Assembly: GCA_963764165.1 (NCBI GenBank)
Contig: CAVXRD010000002.1
Span: 2,816,001 to 2,880,000, forward strand
DNA: 64,000 nucleotides
From: an uncultured Verrucomicrobiae bacterium
GTDB taxonomy: Bacteria; Verrucomicrobiota; Verrucomicrobiia; Limisphaerales; Palsa-1400
Reading direction: 5' to 3'
The notes under the pieces were generated by a model. It had not been told where the DNA came from and made no database searches. It worked only from the letters and a program-made list of their open reading frames with translations. Position numbers and translations under genes: made by a program. This document shows, piece by piece, positions 17,562 to 27,361 of this stretch (its first letter is position 1; each line of letters begins with the position of its first letter).

Positions 17562-19241
17562 TTATGCGCGAACCCGGTTGCGCAAATCAATCAATTGCTT
17601 CATCACCGTGTAAAGGCTTCCCTGCCAGCGCGCCTTGCCAAACGCGTCGTGCAATGTCGAATAAAGCGCGAACAAATCGCGGTAAGCCGTGTGCGCGGCT
17701 GCGTTTGGCTTGTAAACGCGTGGCTTCAAACCCGTCATCGCGTCGATGGCGGAGGCGAAATCCTCGTGCGCGCCCGACACCACCGCCGCCGCAATCGCCG
17801 CGCCGAGCGCGCAGGTTTGCCCGGAGCGCGAGATTTTCATCGGACGCCCCGTCACGTCGGCGTAAATCTGCATGACGAGCGGGTTCTTCTCCGCGATGCC
17901 GCCGCAATTGACCACTTGCGAGATGCGGACGCCGTATTCCTCGAAACGATTAATGATGGTGAGCGCGCCGAACGCCGTGGCCTCAATGAGCGCGCGATAA
18001 ATTTCGGAGGGCGTCGTGTAGAGCGTCTGGCCCAGCAGCAAGCCCGTTAATTTCTGGTCGACCAGCACGGTGCGATTGCCGTTGTTCCAATCCAGCGCCA
18101 GCAAGCCGGACTCGCCCGCGCGCAGTTTTCCCGCCGCCTCGGTCAGCGCGGCGTGTGTTCCGCGGGAGCCGCCGGGTTGAATATAATTGACGAACCAGTT
18201 GAAAATATCGCCCACCGCCGACTGGCCCGCTTCCAGCCCGTAAGAATCCGGCAGCACGCTCCCGCCGACGATGCCGCACAATCCCGGCACATCCGCCAGC
18301 TTCTGCTTGAGCGGCCAGACTGCGATGTCGCATGTGCTCGTGCCGATGATTTTTACGAGCGTGCCTGGCGCGACGCCCGCGCCGATGGCGCCCATGTGCG
18401 CATCCATCCCGCCGATGGCCACCGGGATGCCTTCGCGCAACCCGGTGCGCCTGGCCCACGCCGCGGTCAATTTGCCGGCCGCCGTGCCAGCATCACGGGC
18501 CTTGGCGCAAAGGCGGTCCCGCAACGCTCCCATCTTCGGCGAAAGCTGCGCGAGAAATTCGCGGTCGGGATAGCCGCCCCAGCTTGAATTGTACATGGCC
18601 TTGTGGCCGGCGGCGCAAATGTTGGCCGCGAATTTGTCGCGAGACTGTGTGCCGGTCAGTTCAGCGGGAATGAAATCCGACAGTTCAACCCACGAGGAAG
18701 CCGCCTCAAAAACGTCCGGCGCGGTGCGCAGGCAATGGAGAATTTTGCTGAAAAACCATTCGCTCGAATAGGTGCCGCCGCATTTGGCGAGATATTGCGG
18801 GCGTATTCGCCGGGCCAGCGCCGTGATTTCGGCGCTTTCCGCCACGCTGGTATGGTCTTTCCACAACCACGCCATCGCCGCGGGATTCTTGGCGAAGCGG
18901 CGCGACAGCGCGAGGGCCTGCCCACGCTCATCGACTGGCAGCGGCGTGCTCCCGGTGGCGTCCACGCCGATCCCGATGACTTGTTCCGCCTTGAAGCCGC
19001 GGATGGATTTCGCCGCCTGCTTTAACGCAGCGCGAAGGGAAGATTGCGCGCCCTTCAGATAATCCGCCGGATGCTGGCGCGCCAGCAGGGGATCACGCGA
19101 AAGGATGACGCCGTCGCTTCCGTGCTCGTAACTCCAATCCGCCGAAGCCACCTCTTCGCCATCCTTCGTTTTGACAATCAGCGCACGGACGGAGTTGGTG
19201 CCAAAATCAAGCCCGATGGTGTATTGCGGCGGCATGGTCAA
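17562..19241 (-). CDS. araB: L-ribulokinase
   Basis: IGLDFGTNSVRAL, LARQHPADY, LWKDHT, YSSEWFFSK, EAGQSAVGDIF, LDWNNGNRT, EATAFG. Confidence 0.93.
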   Translation of the reverse strand: MTMPPQYTIGLDFGTNSVRALIVKTKDGEEVASADWSYEHGSDGVILSRDPLLARQHPADYLKGAQSSLRAALKQAAKSIRGFKAEQVIGIGVDATGSTPLPVDERGQALALSRRFAKNPAAMAWLWKDHTSVAESAEITALARRIRPQYLAKCGGTYSSEWFFSKILHCLRTAPDVFEAASSWVELSDFIPAELTGTQSRDKFAANICAAGHKAMYNSSWGGYPDREFLAQLSPKMGALRDRLCAKARDAGTAAGKLTAAWARRTGLREGIPVAIGGMDAHMGAIGAGVAPGTLVKIIGTSTCDIAVWPLKQKLADVPGLCGIVGGSVLPDSYGLEAGQSAVGDIFNWFVNYIQPGGSRGTHAALTEAAGKLRAGESGLLALDWNNGNRTVLVDQKLTGLLLGQTLYTTPSEIYRALIEATAFGALTIINRFEEYGVRISQVVNCGGIAEKNPLVMQIYADVTGRPMKISRSGQTCALGAAIAAAVVSGAHEDFASAIDAMTGLKPRVYKPNAAAHTAYRDLFALYSTLHDAFGKARWQGSLYTVMKQLIDLRNRVRA

Positions 19242-19961
19242 AAATCAAAGCACGAAGACGAAGGGGAAAACCCGAACCCGAACTGTTGGAGGACATTCAT
19301 ACAGGCCAATGGCAGAGGTGATAGAGGAGAAGATGTTCCAAGTAAAGTAATTTTAGAGCGAAATGAGATTGCTGGGTGTGAGGCGAAATTATTCGGGCGG
19401 TCTTTTCATTAACACCCCGCTTCAGCGTTGTCATTACCCACAAGTAAAGCGAACATGTATTAGACTGTAAAATTCATAATTCATTCACAAACAACAACTT
19501 AGAACTAGTGCGTCAAATATATTGCTACACGGTGGCTGCATAATGCATGCACATTTGCTTCCGTCCGCACAGTGGGCGCAACTGTTGCTTATTTTTTCAA
19601 TTTTCACCTATGTTTGCCTTTGTTTACCTATTTTGATCGAATCTGGGGTGCGCCGAGGAAAGGGATAAACTTCGAGGTTCCAGCAGCATGGCAGGGCTGG
19701 CCGGTCTCGCGCGAAAGCATGTGGGCGCGGGAATTGCGGCGCGGTGCAGCCACGAAAAACCACTGCGCACGAGCAAAAGCATCCAAAACGCGAGAATCCC
19801 GCCGCGCCGCACCTCTTAACGAGCCCCGCTTAATGCCGTCCATTGTTGGCATGCGACATATCGTCGTCACGGCCGCAATCTGACATGCCCATCTAAAAAC
19901 AGAAAACCTACCAGAGGTTTTTTGGCACGATTCTTGGAGGAAAAATGCGGAGAAATGAATT

Positions 19962-20225
19962 TGGAACTCCCGAACGCAGGAAAAGAGGCCAGGATCGTTA
20001 TTCGGACGATGGCCGTGAGGTGGATTGCGGAAGAGAAAGGATGTTTAACAGCGAATCCGGATTAACGATGCGCATGAAATCGGCTTGAGTCTCTTTTCCT
20101 GAGTTCGGGCGTGCCAGATTAAATAATATATAATCTCAAAAAACCCGCTACATCCGCTACATCGTTGATTCCCAACGAGATAAACCGCTACATTTGCAGC
20201 AACAGACCCGCTACAACCCGCTACA
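19962..20225. repeat. composite element (family F): inverted repeat followed by five CCGCTACA direct repeats
   Basis: TGGAACTCCCGAACGCAGGAAAAGAG (19962-19987) pairs imperfectly with 20091-20116; CCGCTACA at 20145, 20154, 20185, 20208, 20218; second copy at 60233-60486. Confidence 0.75.
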
Positions 20226-20293
20226 TTTCCTCAAGAGGGGGGCGAACCGCCTGAAACTATGAGGCTTTGATCGGAAATGCGTTGGCTAGTTTA

Positions 20294-20590
20294 GTGTCTC
20301 TTAAATAACTGGAGATTCGTTGCGCCGCCTTTGGCCTGTGGCTAGGCAGCCCACCTGGGGCGGGCAGCGCATCTCTGTTCTGACTCGACGAAGGAGCATC
20401 CCCTCATGGGGCTGTGACTGAGGAGCAACGACGCCACAGGCCAAAGGCGGCGCAACCCGCAGGGCGGCAGGTCTTTTTGACGCAGGCCGCGTTGCTCACT
20501 CCTCACAGATCCTTTGGGATATGCTCGTCGTTCGCGCCTTGCCTGCGTCAAAAATCCCTTGCCGCGAATCTCCAGCTATTTAAGAGACAC
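20294..20590. mobile_element. ~297-bp MITE-like structured element (family E), TA-flanked
   Basis: TIR GTGTCTCTTAAATA(A/G)CTGGAGATTCG, TA on both sides (20292-93, 20591-92), two long internal stems. Confidence 0.85.
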
Positions 20591-20662
20591 TACACTAGGT
20601 TCACCGGGGTATAAAACCGGGATGTTCGAATGAAGGCCGGGGGCGGTCCGACCACTTCCGAT

Positions 20663-20812
20663 CCCCTCGCCCCGCCCAGCGGGGAGAGGGACAGGGAGAG
20701 GGGGGCCTAGCAAACGACTTGAACCCGGCGATTGCGATAACAAATAGACTCGAGAAAGCTTTTCTTGGGTGCCCCTATCTCCGGCTCTCTCCTCGCAGGC
20801 GGGGGGAGAGGG
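20663..20812. repeat. CCCCTC...GGGGAGAGGG-type REP-like doublet
   Basis: CCCCTCGCCCCGCCCAGCGGGGAGAGGG and an imperfect inverted partner; the same motif occurs inside family D. Confidence 0.6.
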
Positions 20813-21313
20813 TGGGACGCCGCAGCAGATATCTCGTTCACAACCGGGGCGGAAGTTCTGGCTGCCAAATCTCGCGCCAACGAGGGTGCGCTGCTCTTTG
20901 TGGGCGCGCAGCTGATTTGCGCTCTCGGCGATTTCTGACACGGTTTCGTTGAACTTCTTGACACTCGTCGCTTCGGCTGGCTCCGAGAGCCCCTCGAGGA
21001 TTCGCTCATCCCTCGACAACGACGCGGGGCGAACGCGATCGGCGAACAGCGGCAGACAGATGTGGAGCGGTGAGCGGATAAATATGTGATTGTTTTGGTG
21101 ACCCCTCCTTGGTTGTTTAGAGCCATGGTCAAAACCTTTGTAAAACAACTGAAAAATGAGTGACACTGGGGATCAGGCGCCGACAAGGAATGGCCCGAGT
21201 TGCCGGGTAGCATTACACAGCCAATTCACTCGACTAATCCACATCCGTGCCAAAACAAAAATGTCCACGCAGTAGGAGGCATGCGTGCAACTCACGTCCA
21301 GACAATCGCTCGA

Positions 21314-23521
21314 TTACCGGCTCCGCAGCCTAAAAAAGCCACATGAATTCGATTCAGGAAAACTGAGGAATCTCTGGCTTGGCCCAATAATTGGAGAGTT
21401 GCTCACAACAGTCCAAAGCGGTGTAGAGAGGCTAAGGGATTGATCTACAGCGAGTCTGTCCGTATCCGAAGCCCATTGCAATTGCAAACGACCATTACTT
21501 GCACCGGTGACGTTAAGGGCAATTGGCGCCGCCTCAACAACAAACATGGTCGGATTAACGCCAGGATTCGAGATAGCCGTGCCATCTGCTGAAATTCCTA
21601 TAGGCCCAGCTATGGGGTTCAATCGCCCCGGAACCATTGGTATCACATCTATCGAAAGACTTGCTACGTCGCCAGGTCCGAGGGGGCCAACCGTATAAGC
21701 GACCTTCCGAGAATTTATATCGTAGGAACCGAATCCGTGGTTGCCTCCTGCCCCCGCAAAATCGAAAGACGGGTCTAATGTGAAAGTTAGATCAACACCG
21801 TATGCGATGCCGCAACCCGCATTTTTTACATTAAATGGGATGGATTGACGCAGTCCGACCTGATTTGTAAAGCCCGAGGAGGCCAGGGAAACGGTGACAT
21901 TTGTTGTTCTCGTGACGCTCACCGCCGACGACGCTCCACCGGAGTTAAGAGTGGCGCTCCCGAGGGCGGCCAAAGTGTTGGCGCTTGCAGTAAGGTCGCG
22001 CAAAACGTAATGTCTGCCCGCTTCTTGGGACGGCGCATAAACGTCAAGAAATAGTCCGATGTTCCGTGATGTCATCTCGTTTGTTATGTAATTCCAAGTC
22101 GACGTAAGTTGGAAAAGTCCCATCGGTGCAGGATACGGGTTTATATCTGCCGCCAAAAACGCAGGAGGGTCGTAATACAGGGGCAGCAAATCCGAATCCA
22201 CTCCGCCGTTCACGGCCACAATTGAATTGAATGGATTAGTTACTGTAAGATTCTTAGGGCCGAAATCCACGTATCCAAGATACATGCTATTTCCGTTCAA
22301 ACCGGGCTGCGACTGCCACCTTGCCCCGGTGTAAATTGTTGGCAATGGGATACTGCTGAGACTTTGGATATAATCGAATACGTCGGGCGGAGCAACGAGC
22401 GGCGAGCCGGTTGTAAAGTGATTTGACGCGATTAGACTTAGCTCGTCGATATACGCCGCAGAAACTACACGGTTGCTGAAGACTGCTGCCTGTTCACCTG
22501 GGGAGATCCAACTCATGCTGCTCGGGTTCGCACTCCATGAAGTAAATTGGTTGTTCCATGTCTGCAACGCAGAGTATGCCGTGAGAAATCCATTGTAGTC
22601 TGCGCTCGGCGGTGCTGCAATATTAGTTGTCGAGACCAGATTCAGGAATCCAGGCAAGTTCAAAATCGGAGTTAAAACATAGCCGGTTACTTGTGCCTGC
22701 GCTGCCGTCAGGGAAGCCGCATAAGCGTGGACGTTTGTAACAAACGCGTTGAAGTCGGCCAAGGAGCTAATGGTGCCACTTGGGCTTATTCCGTAGTACG
22801 AAGGGGGCAGTCTTGTGTCACTGGTGTAGAATTGGTAGGTTAAAGAAGCCGCTGTATCGTTATTCGCAAAAAAAGAGCTGGCTTGTGTGGAGATGTCGTA
22901 AGTGCCAGCTGAGGCTGAGATTGAGGTCTGAAGTTGCTGGACCGTCGACTGTGAGGTGTAATGAAATGAGTATACTACAGAAACGAGACCCTGAGATGTG
23001 TAGCCTTGCAAGTAATACGCTCCATAACGCGCTATGATTGCATTGTAAAGGGCTTCACCAGAATAACCCTGATTGGCCACCCATTGAAGGAAATCAGGCG
23101 ACAGCGCGGTCGGTTGGTAAAGTGTCTCGCCGAAATCTATGACCGCCGTGTATACGAAGTTGACGGCGTTGGCGTTATATGTCTGGTTATTTAAGAACGA
23201 AAAACCAAAACTACCGCTTGAAATAAGGTCGCTTAGACTCACATTCGCGTTTAGCGAAAAGCTGGAAACCAGGTCCGACGTCTGCTGGGTAAACATTGTT
23301 TGCTCACTCGATCCCCCTGTGCTCGGATTAATTTGAGGCGTTTGCGACATAATCGTGATCCGAGGGGTAATGTCCTTCTGTTGTGTTAAGTTCACGCCAA
23401 ACCCCCAATTTCCAACCAGGGTCATGTCTGGAGACCATCCGACAACTATGGCTAACGTACTGGAACACGCAAGAATCAAAAGCGTCGCAACGATGGAACA
23501 TATTTTAGTTTGTTTGTTCAT
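21314..23521 (-). CDS. secreted protein: putative MACPF/CDC-like N-domain, DUF11/Ig-like domain, C-terminal FFRL domain
   Basis: Signal peptide; YGAYYLQGYTSQG (22988-23026) has MACPF signature spacing; NVKNAG..AYGVDLTFTL...VGPLGPGDVASLSI; ends GFFRLRSR; visibly AT-richer than neighbours. The ORF is solid, the MACPF call is tentative. Confidence 0.6.
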   Translation of the reverse strand: MNKQTKICSIVATLLILACSSTLAIVVGWSPDMTLVGNWGFGVNLTQQKDITPRITIMSQTPQINPSTGGSSEQTMFTQQTSDLVSSFSLNANVSLSDLISSGSFGFSFLNNQTYNANAVNFVYTAVIDFGETLYQPTALSPDFLQWVANQGYSGEALYNAIIARYGAYYLQGYTSQGLVSVVYSFHYTSQSTVQQLQTSISASAGTYDISTQASSFFANNDTAASLTYQFYTSDTRLPPSYYGISPSGTISSLADFNAFVTNVHAYAASLTAAQAQVTGYVLTPILNLPGFLNLVSTTNIAAPPSADYNGFLTAYSALQTWNNQFTSWSANPSSMSWISPGEQAAVFSNRVVSAAYIDELSLIASNHFTTGSPLVAPPDVFDYIQSLSSIPLPTIYTGARWQSQPGLNGNSMYLGYVDFGPKNLTVTNPFNSIVAVNGGVDSDLLPLYYDPPAFLAADINPYPAPMGLFQLTSTWNYITNEMTSRNIGLFLDVYAPSQEAGRHYVLRDLTASANTLAALGSATLNSGGASSAVSVTRTTNVTVSLASSGFTNQVGLRQSIPFNVKNAGCGIAYGVDLTFTLDPSFDFAGAGGNHGFGSYDINSRKVAYTVGPLGPGDVASLSIDVIPMVPGRLNPIAGPIGISADGTAISNPGVNPTMFVVEAAPIALNVTGASNGRLQLQWASDTDRLAVDQSLSLSTPLWTVVSNSPIIGPSQRFLSFPESNSCGFFRLRSR

Positions 23522-24029
23522 AAATGGCCGATTGGTTGTGCGTTTTAGGTTTGGCCCAAAATTCGAAAAGTTGACAATATACTGCTGTCAAACAAGCAAG
23601 TAGAGACCGGGATACTGCTTAATTTATTTGCATCAATGGCACCGTGTGATACTCTGAATCAGCTAGTTTTTTGTTATTTGCGCTTCGTGTGTCGGCAGAC
23701 ACCTTGGCTGGGGCAGCCATAACGGAAAACAAAACGATCGTCAACCTCGGCGTGAGAAGCAGATTTTTCGGCATTATTTTCATGAGTTGATTTCGTGAGA
23801 ATGATTTTTTAGCGAGCGTGACCATCTGAAAATTGTTAAATTCAGATATTTAAGACCTTGCTCGCCTGCGGACTCGCTCTCACGAACAAAAACATAATAC
23901 GTCTGTTCTACCGCGTCTCTCCGTACATCTACGTATGCGGACGGCTTTGAATTTGCTGGCGTTCAGCGGCGGGGCTTGGTAATCAAGAACAAGCGCGGAC
24001 AAAACCGCAATACGATCCACCTGCCAATC

Positions 24030-25106
24030 ATGGCCGAAAAACTATCGAATAGCGATTTGAGAGTGTGCCTTGAAGCATTGCCCGGATTGTACGGGCACTG
24101 TTCGACCGCCGATTATCCAAACCGGCTGCTGCCGCTCTTGCATCGGCTTGTTCCGTGCGAACACATCAGCTACAACGACTTCGATGAGCGCCGGCAGTGC
24201 TACATCATCCGGTCTTACCCTGAACGGCCGGAAATTCAGCCTTTGGTAGGTCAACTGGCGCATTTTCTTCCGACTCATCCGCTATTTGAGCATTACTCCA
24301 AGTTCAACCAGTCGCCGCTTCGAATATCCGACGTCACCTCAGACCGTCAGTTCCAGGAGACGGCGGTCTACCGGGAATACTTTCAAGCTCTCCGCGTCAA
24401 GCGCCAGATGATCGCCATGGTGGGACGGCACGAGCAGGCTCGAATCGCCCTGACTTTTAATCGCGGGCATAGGGATTTTTCGGGGCGCGACTGTGCGGTG
24501 CTGTCTTTCCTCTCTCCGCACATCGCGCAAGCCTATCGAAACGCACTCGCTTTCGAGACAATTGCAGTGGATATGGAGGACATCGGCGCGGGATTAACAT
24601 CCATCAACCGCGCCGTCATTTTGGCGCAGCGGGATGGCAAAATTCGCTGGATGAGCCCATTGGCGGGCGACTGGCTGAAAGAGCTTTTCCCGGAAAACGA
24701 TCTGTCCGCTGGAGGCCTCCCCGCCATCTTGACGCGATGGTTGAACTTGGGCGCAGAAACGAAGAATTCCGTGAGGGAGGGTTTATCCGAAATGCATTTG
24801 CCCTCAAAGGACGGCGGAAAATTCGTCCTCCATTGCGGCGAGACTGCCAAGGGCGAACTCGCCATCGGACTCGTCCGGGAGCACGGCAGGATCAAGCGCG
24901 CGGTCGAGCAAAGGTACGACCTCACCTCGCGCGAAGGCGAAATTCTCCATTGGCTGTCCGAATCCAAGACGTATCCGGAAACGGCGATGATTCTTAATAT
25001 CAGTGTTCGCACCGTTGAAAAGCATGTTGAACATATTCTCCAAAAGCTTGGCGTGGAAAATCGCTTGGCTGCGCAACGTCTTGCCTGGGAACTGCGGAGA
25101 GTGTGA
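24030..25106 (+). CDS. LuxR-family regulator (GAF-like + PAS-like + C-terminal HTH)
   Basis: LTSREGEILHWLSESKTYPETAMILNISVRTVEKHVEHILQKLGVENR; N-terminal ..NRGHRDFSGRDCAVLSFLSPHIAQAY GAF-like end. Confidence 0.9.
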   Translation: MAEKLSNSDLRVCLEALPGLYGHCSTADYPNRLLPLLHRLVPCEHISYNDFDERRQCYIIRSYPERPEIQPLVGQLAHFLPTHPLFEHYSKFNQSPLRISDVTSDRQFQETAVYREYFQALRVKRQMIAMVGRHEQARIALTFNRGHRDFSGRDCAVLSFLSPHIAQAYRNALAFETIAVDMEDIGAGLTSINRAVILAQRDGKIRWMSPLAGDWLKELFPENDLSAGGLPAILTRWLNLGAETKNSVREGLSEMHLPSKDGGKFVLHCGETAKGELAIGLVREHGRIKRAVEQRYDLTSREGEILHWLSESKTYPETAMILNISVRTVEKHVEHILQKLGVENRLAAQRLAWELRRV

Positions 25107-25110
25107 TCCG

Positions 25111-25314
25111 GTGATCGCTCTCACTCCGCCAAGCTTGGCGGGGTGAGAGAAGGAGAGGGACAACTCATTAAAGCTCTGAGAGGCCAGGCGCATTGAGGGC
25201 CGGTGGATTTCAGTCGTTTCCTAACCGCCCCTCTCCCTAACCCTCTCCCCGCTGCGCGGGGCGAGGGAATCCACGATTCGTCGGCAAGGGATTGCCAAAA
25301 AGTGAGATGCACCC
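25111..25314. mobile_element. 5'-truncated copy of MITE family D
   Basis: Highly similar to 15997-16203, right TIR TGAGATGCACCC (25303-25314); left TIR absent. Confidence 0.85.
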
Positions 25315-25447
25315 ATTTGTCTGTAATCCTTCTCTGCGCGAGAGTTCTCTTCCCTTTGAGGATCACGGATGGCTGGCTTCAACGCCTTTTCCGCTTCGTG
25401 GCCTTGCGCCCTCGACACTCGCCCCTCTCACGACTATTGTCCCGGGC

Positions 25448-27283
25448 ATGAAACGGACTTTCTGTTGCCACTTCGTTTTTTTTATCGCGTTGGTTCTGAT
25501 GTCCATGACGGGGATCGACGTCTGGGCGCAAACTCCAACTCCGACGCCTTATGAACAGGACTGCGCCAAAATTGCCTCCTCCACAGGAAATGACGCGGAG
25601 CACCTTCACCAACTTTTCAAAATCCAGTGGGATTACGATCTGCACGAAAGTCCAGAATCAGCCACCGAAGTGGGCGCGCCCGGATTGGATGACCGCTGGT
25701 CGGACGAATCCCTGGAAGCCATCGCGCGCCGAAAACGGGAACTTCAGGCTCCATTGAAAGCCTTGGCGGCGGTTGACCGCGCCCATCTCAGCGCTTCCGA
25801 TCAGTTGAATTACGATCTCTTCAAACGGAACTGCGAGCAGGCGGTTGAGGGAACGCGCTTTAAGAGCGAATGCCTGGCCATCAGTCAGATGGACGGCTTG
25901 CAAAATATCGTGCCGATGACTTTGGAAATCTCACCCCGCAACAATGTGCGAGCCTATGAGAATATCATCGCCCGGCTCAATGCCATTCCGGCGCTGGTGG
26001 ATCAGAACATCGTTCTTCTGCAACAGGGCATGGCGGCAGGCATCACGCCGCCGCGCATCACCTTGCGCGATGTCCCCGACCAGGTCAAAAGCCAGATGGT
26101 AGACGATTTGGAAAAAAACGCCGTCGTCAAGCCCTTCACTGAATTCCCGCCGCAAATCGCCGAGAGCGACCGCGTCCGTTTGCGCCAGGAAGCGGCGAAG
26201 GCGTTGCATGAGAAAGTTGTTCCTGCGTTCACCAAACTTTACGAGTTCATCACGAAGACCTACCTGCCCGCCGCGCGAGAAAGTGTCGGCATGGGCGAGC
26301 TGCCCGACGGCCCGGCTTGGTATGCCTATAAAGCCCGCGTGGAGACCACCACCGACTTGACCCCGTCCCAAATTCACGAAATCGGGCTGGCGGAAGTGAA
26401 GCGCATTCGCGGCGAAATGGACGCGTTGATCGCGCAGACCGGCTTCAAAGGGAGCCTCACCGAATTCGCCAAATACATCAGCTCCGATCCGCGCTTTTTC
26501 TACACCAATAAGGACGACTTGCTCAACGCCTACCGGGTGCAGGCCAAGCTGGTCGATCCGGAATTGTCGCGCGTGATCGGCAAACTGCCGCGCTTGCAAT
26601 ATGGTGTCATGGCGATCCCATCCTACTCCGAGAAATCGCAGACCTCCGCCTACTACCAGCCGGGTTCGCCCGAGGCGGGGCGGCCGGGTTATTTCAACGT
26701 CAACACCTACGCCCTGAACATGCGGCCCAAGTGGGAGATGGAGGTGCTTGCCTTTCACGAATCCGTGCCGGGGCATCATCTGCAAATCTCTCTCGCCCAG
26801 GAAATGGAGGACATGCCCGAATTCCGCAAGAACGCCAGTTACACTGCGTTTGTGGAAGGGTGGGCTCTTTACAGCGAGGCACTGGGTGGCGAGTTGGGAT
26901 TTTACAAGGACCCTTACTCCAAGTTTGGCCAGTTGAACTTTGAAATCTGGCGCGCCATCCGGCTCGTGGTGGACACCGGCCTGCATTCCATGCATTGGAC
27001 GCGGCAGCAAGCCATTGATTATTTCCGGGAAAACTCCGCCAAAACCGATCAGGACATCATTGTAGAAGTGGACCGTTATATCGCGTGGCCCGGGCAGGCC
27101 CTGGCCTACAAAATCGGCCAGCTGAAAATCAAGGAGCTCCGCGCCTACGCCACCCAGGAGCTGGGCGGGAAATTCGACATCCGCGAATTCCACGACCGCG
27201 TCCTGGACGGCGGCGCCATCCCTTTGGACGTGCTGGACCACCGGATCAAAACCTGGGTCGCGGAAAAAAAAGCGCGAAATTAA
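25448..27283 (+). CDS. DUF885 family secreted metallopeptidase-like protein
   Basis: Signal peptide; HESVPGHHLQ, AFVEGWALYSE, WRAIRLVVDTGLH, EVDRYIAWPGQALAYKIG. Confidence 0.95.
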   Translation: MKRTFCCHFVFFIALVLMSMTGIDVWAQTPTPTPYEQDCAKIASSTGNDAEHLHQLFKIQWDYDLHESPESATEVGAPGLDDRWSDESLEAIARRKRELQAPLKALAAVDRAHLSASDQLNYDLFKRNCEQAVEGTRFKSECLAISQMDGLQNIVPMTLEISPRNNVRAYENIIARLNAIPALVDQNIVLLQQGMAAGITPPRITLRDVPDQVKSQMVDDLEKNAVVKPFTEFPPQIAESDRVRLRQEAAKALHEKVVPAFTKLYEFITKTYLPAARESVGMGELPDGPAWYAYKARVETTTDLTPSQIHEIGLAEVKRIRGEMDALIAQTGFKGSLTEFAKYISSDPRFFYTNKDDLLNAYRVQAKLVDPELSRVIGKLPRLQYGVMAIPSYSEKSQTSAYYQPGSPEAGRPGYFNVNTYALNMRPKWEMEVLAFHESVPGHHLQISLAQEMEDMPEFRKNASYTAFVEGWALYSEALGGELGFYKDPYSKFGQLNFEIWRAIRLVVDTGLHSMHWTRQQAIDYFRENSAKTDQDIIVEVDRYIAWPGQALAYKIGQLKIKELRAYATQELGGKFDIREFHDRVLDGGAIPLDVLDHRIKTWVAEKKARN

Positions 27284-27361
27284 CGTGTCCCGCCTTGGCG
27301 AGACTCCCTCATCGAGCCACAACACAGCAGCGACCGGCTCATGCACCGCGGGACGAGGGAA

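Noticed and set aside
19922..19938. sigma54-like TTGGCACGATTCTTGGA
   Set aside because: The -12 element is GG rather than GC and no gene follows; at most a relic.
20145..20225. Short direct repeats as a CRISPR array
   Set aside because: Units are only 8 bp with irregular short spacers, and no cas genes are present.
25931..27346. 471-aa minus-strand ORF
   Set aside because: Antisense shadow of the DUF885 gene.
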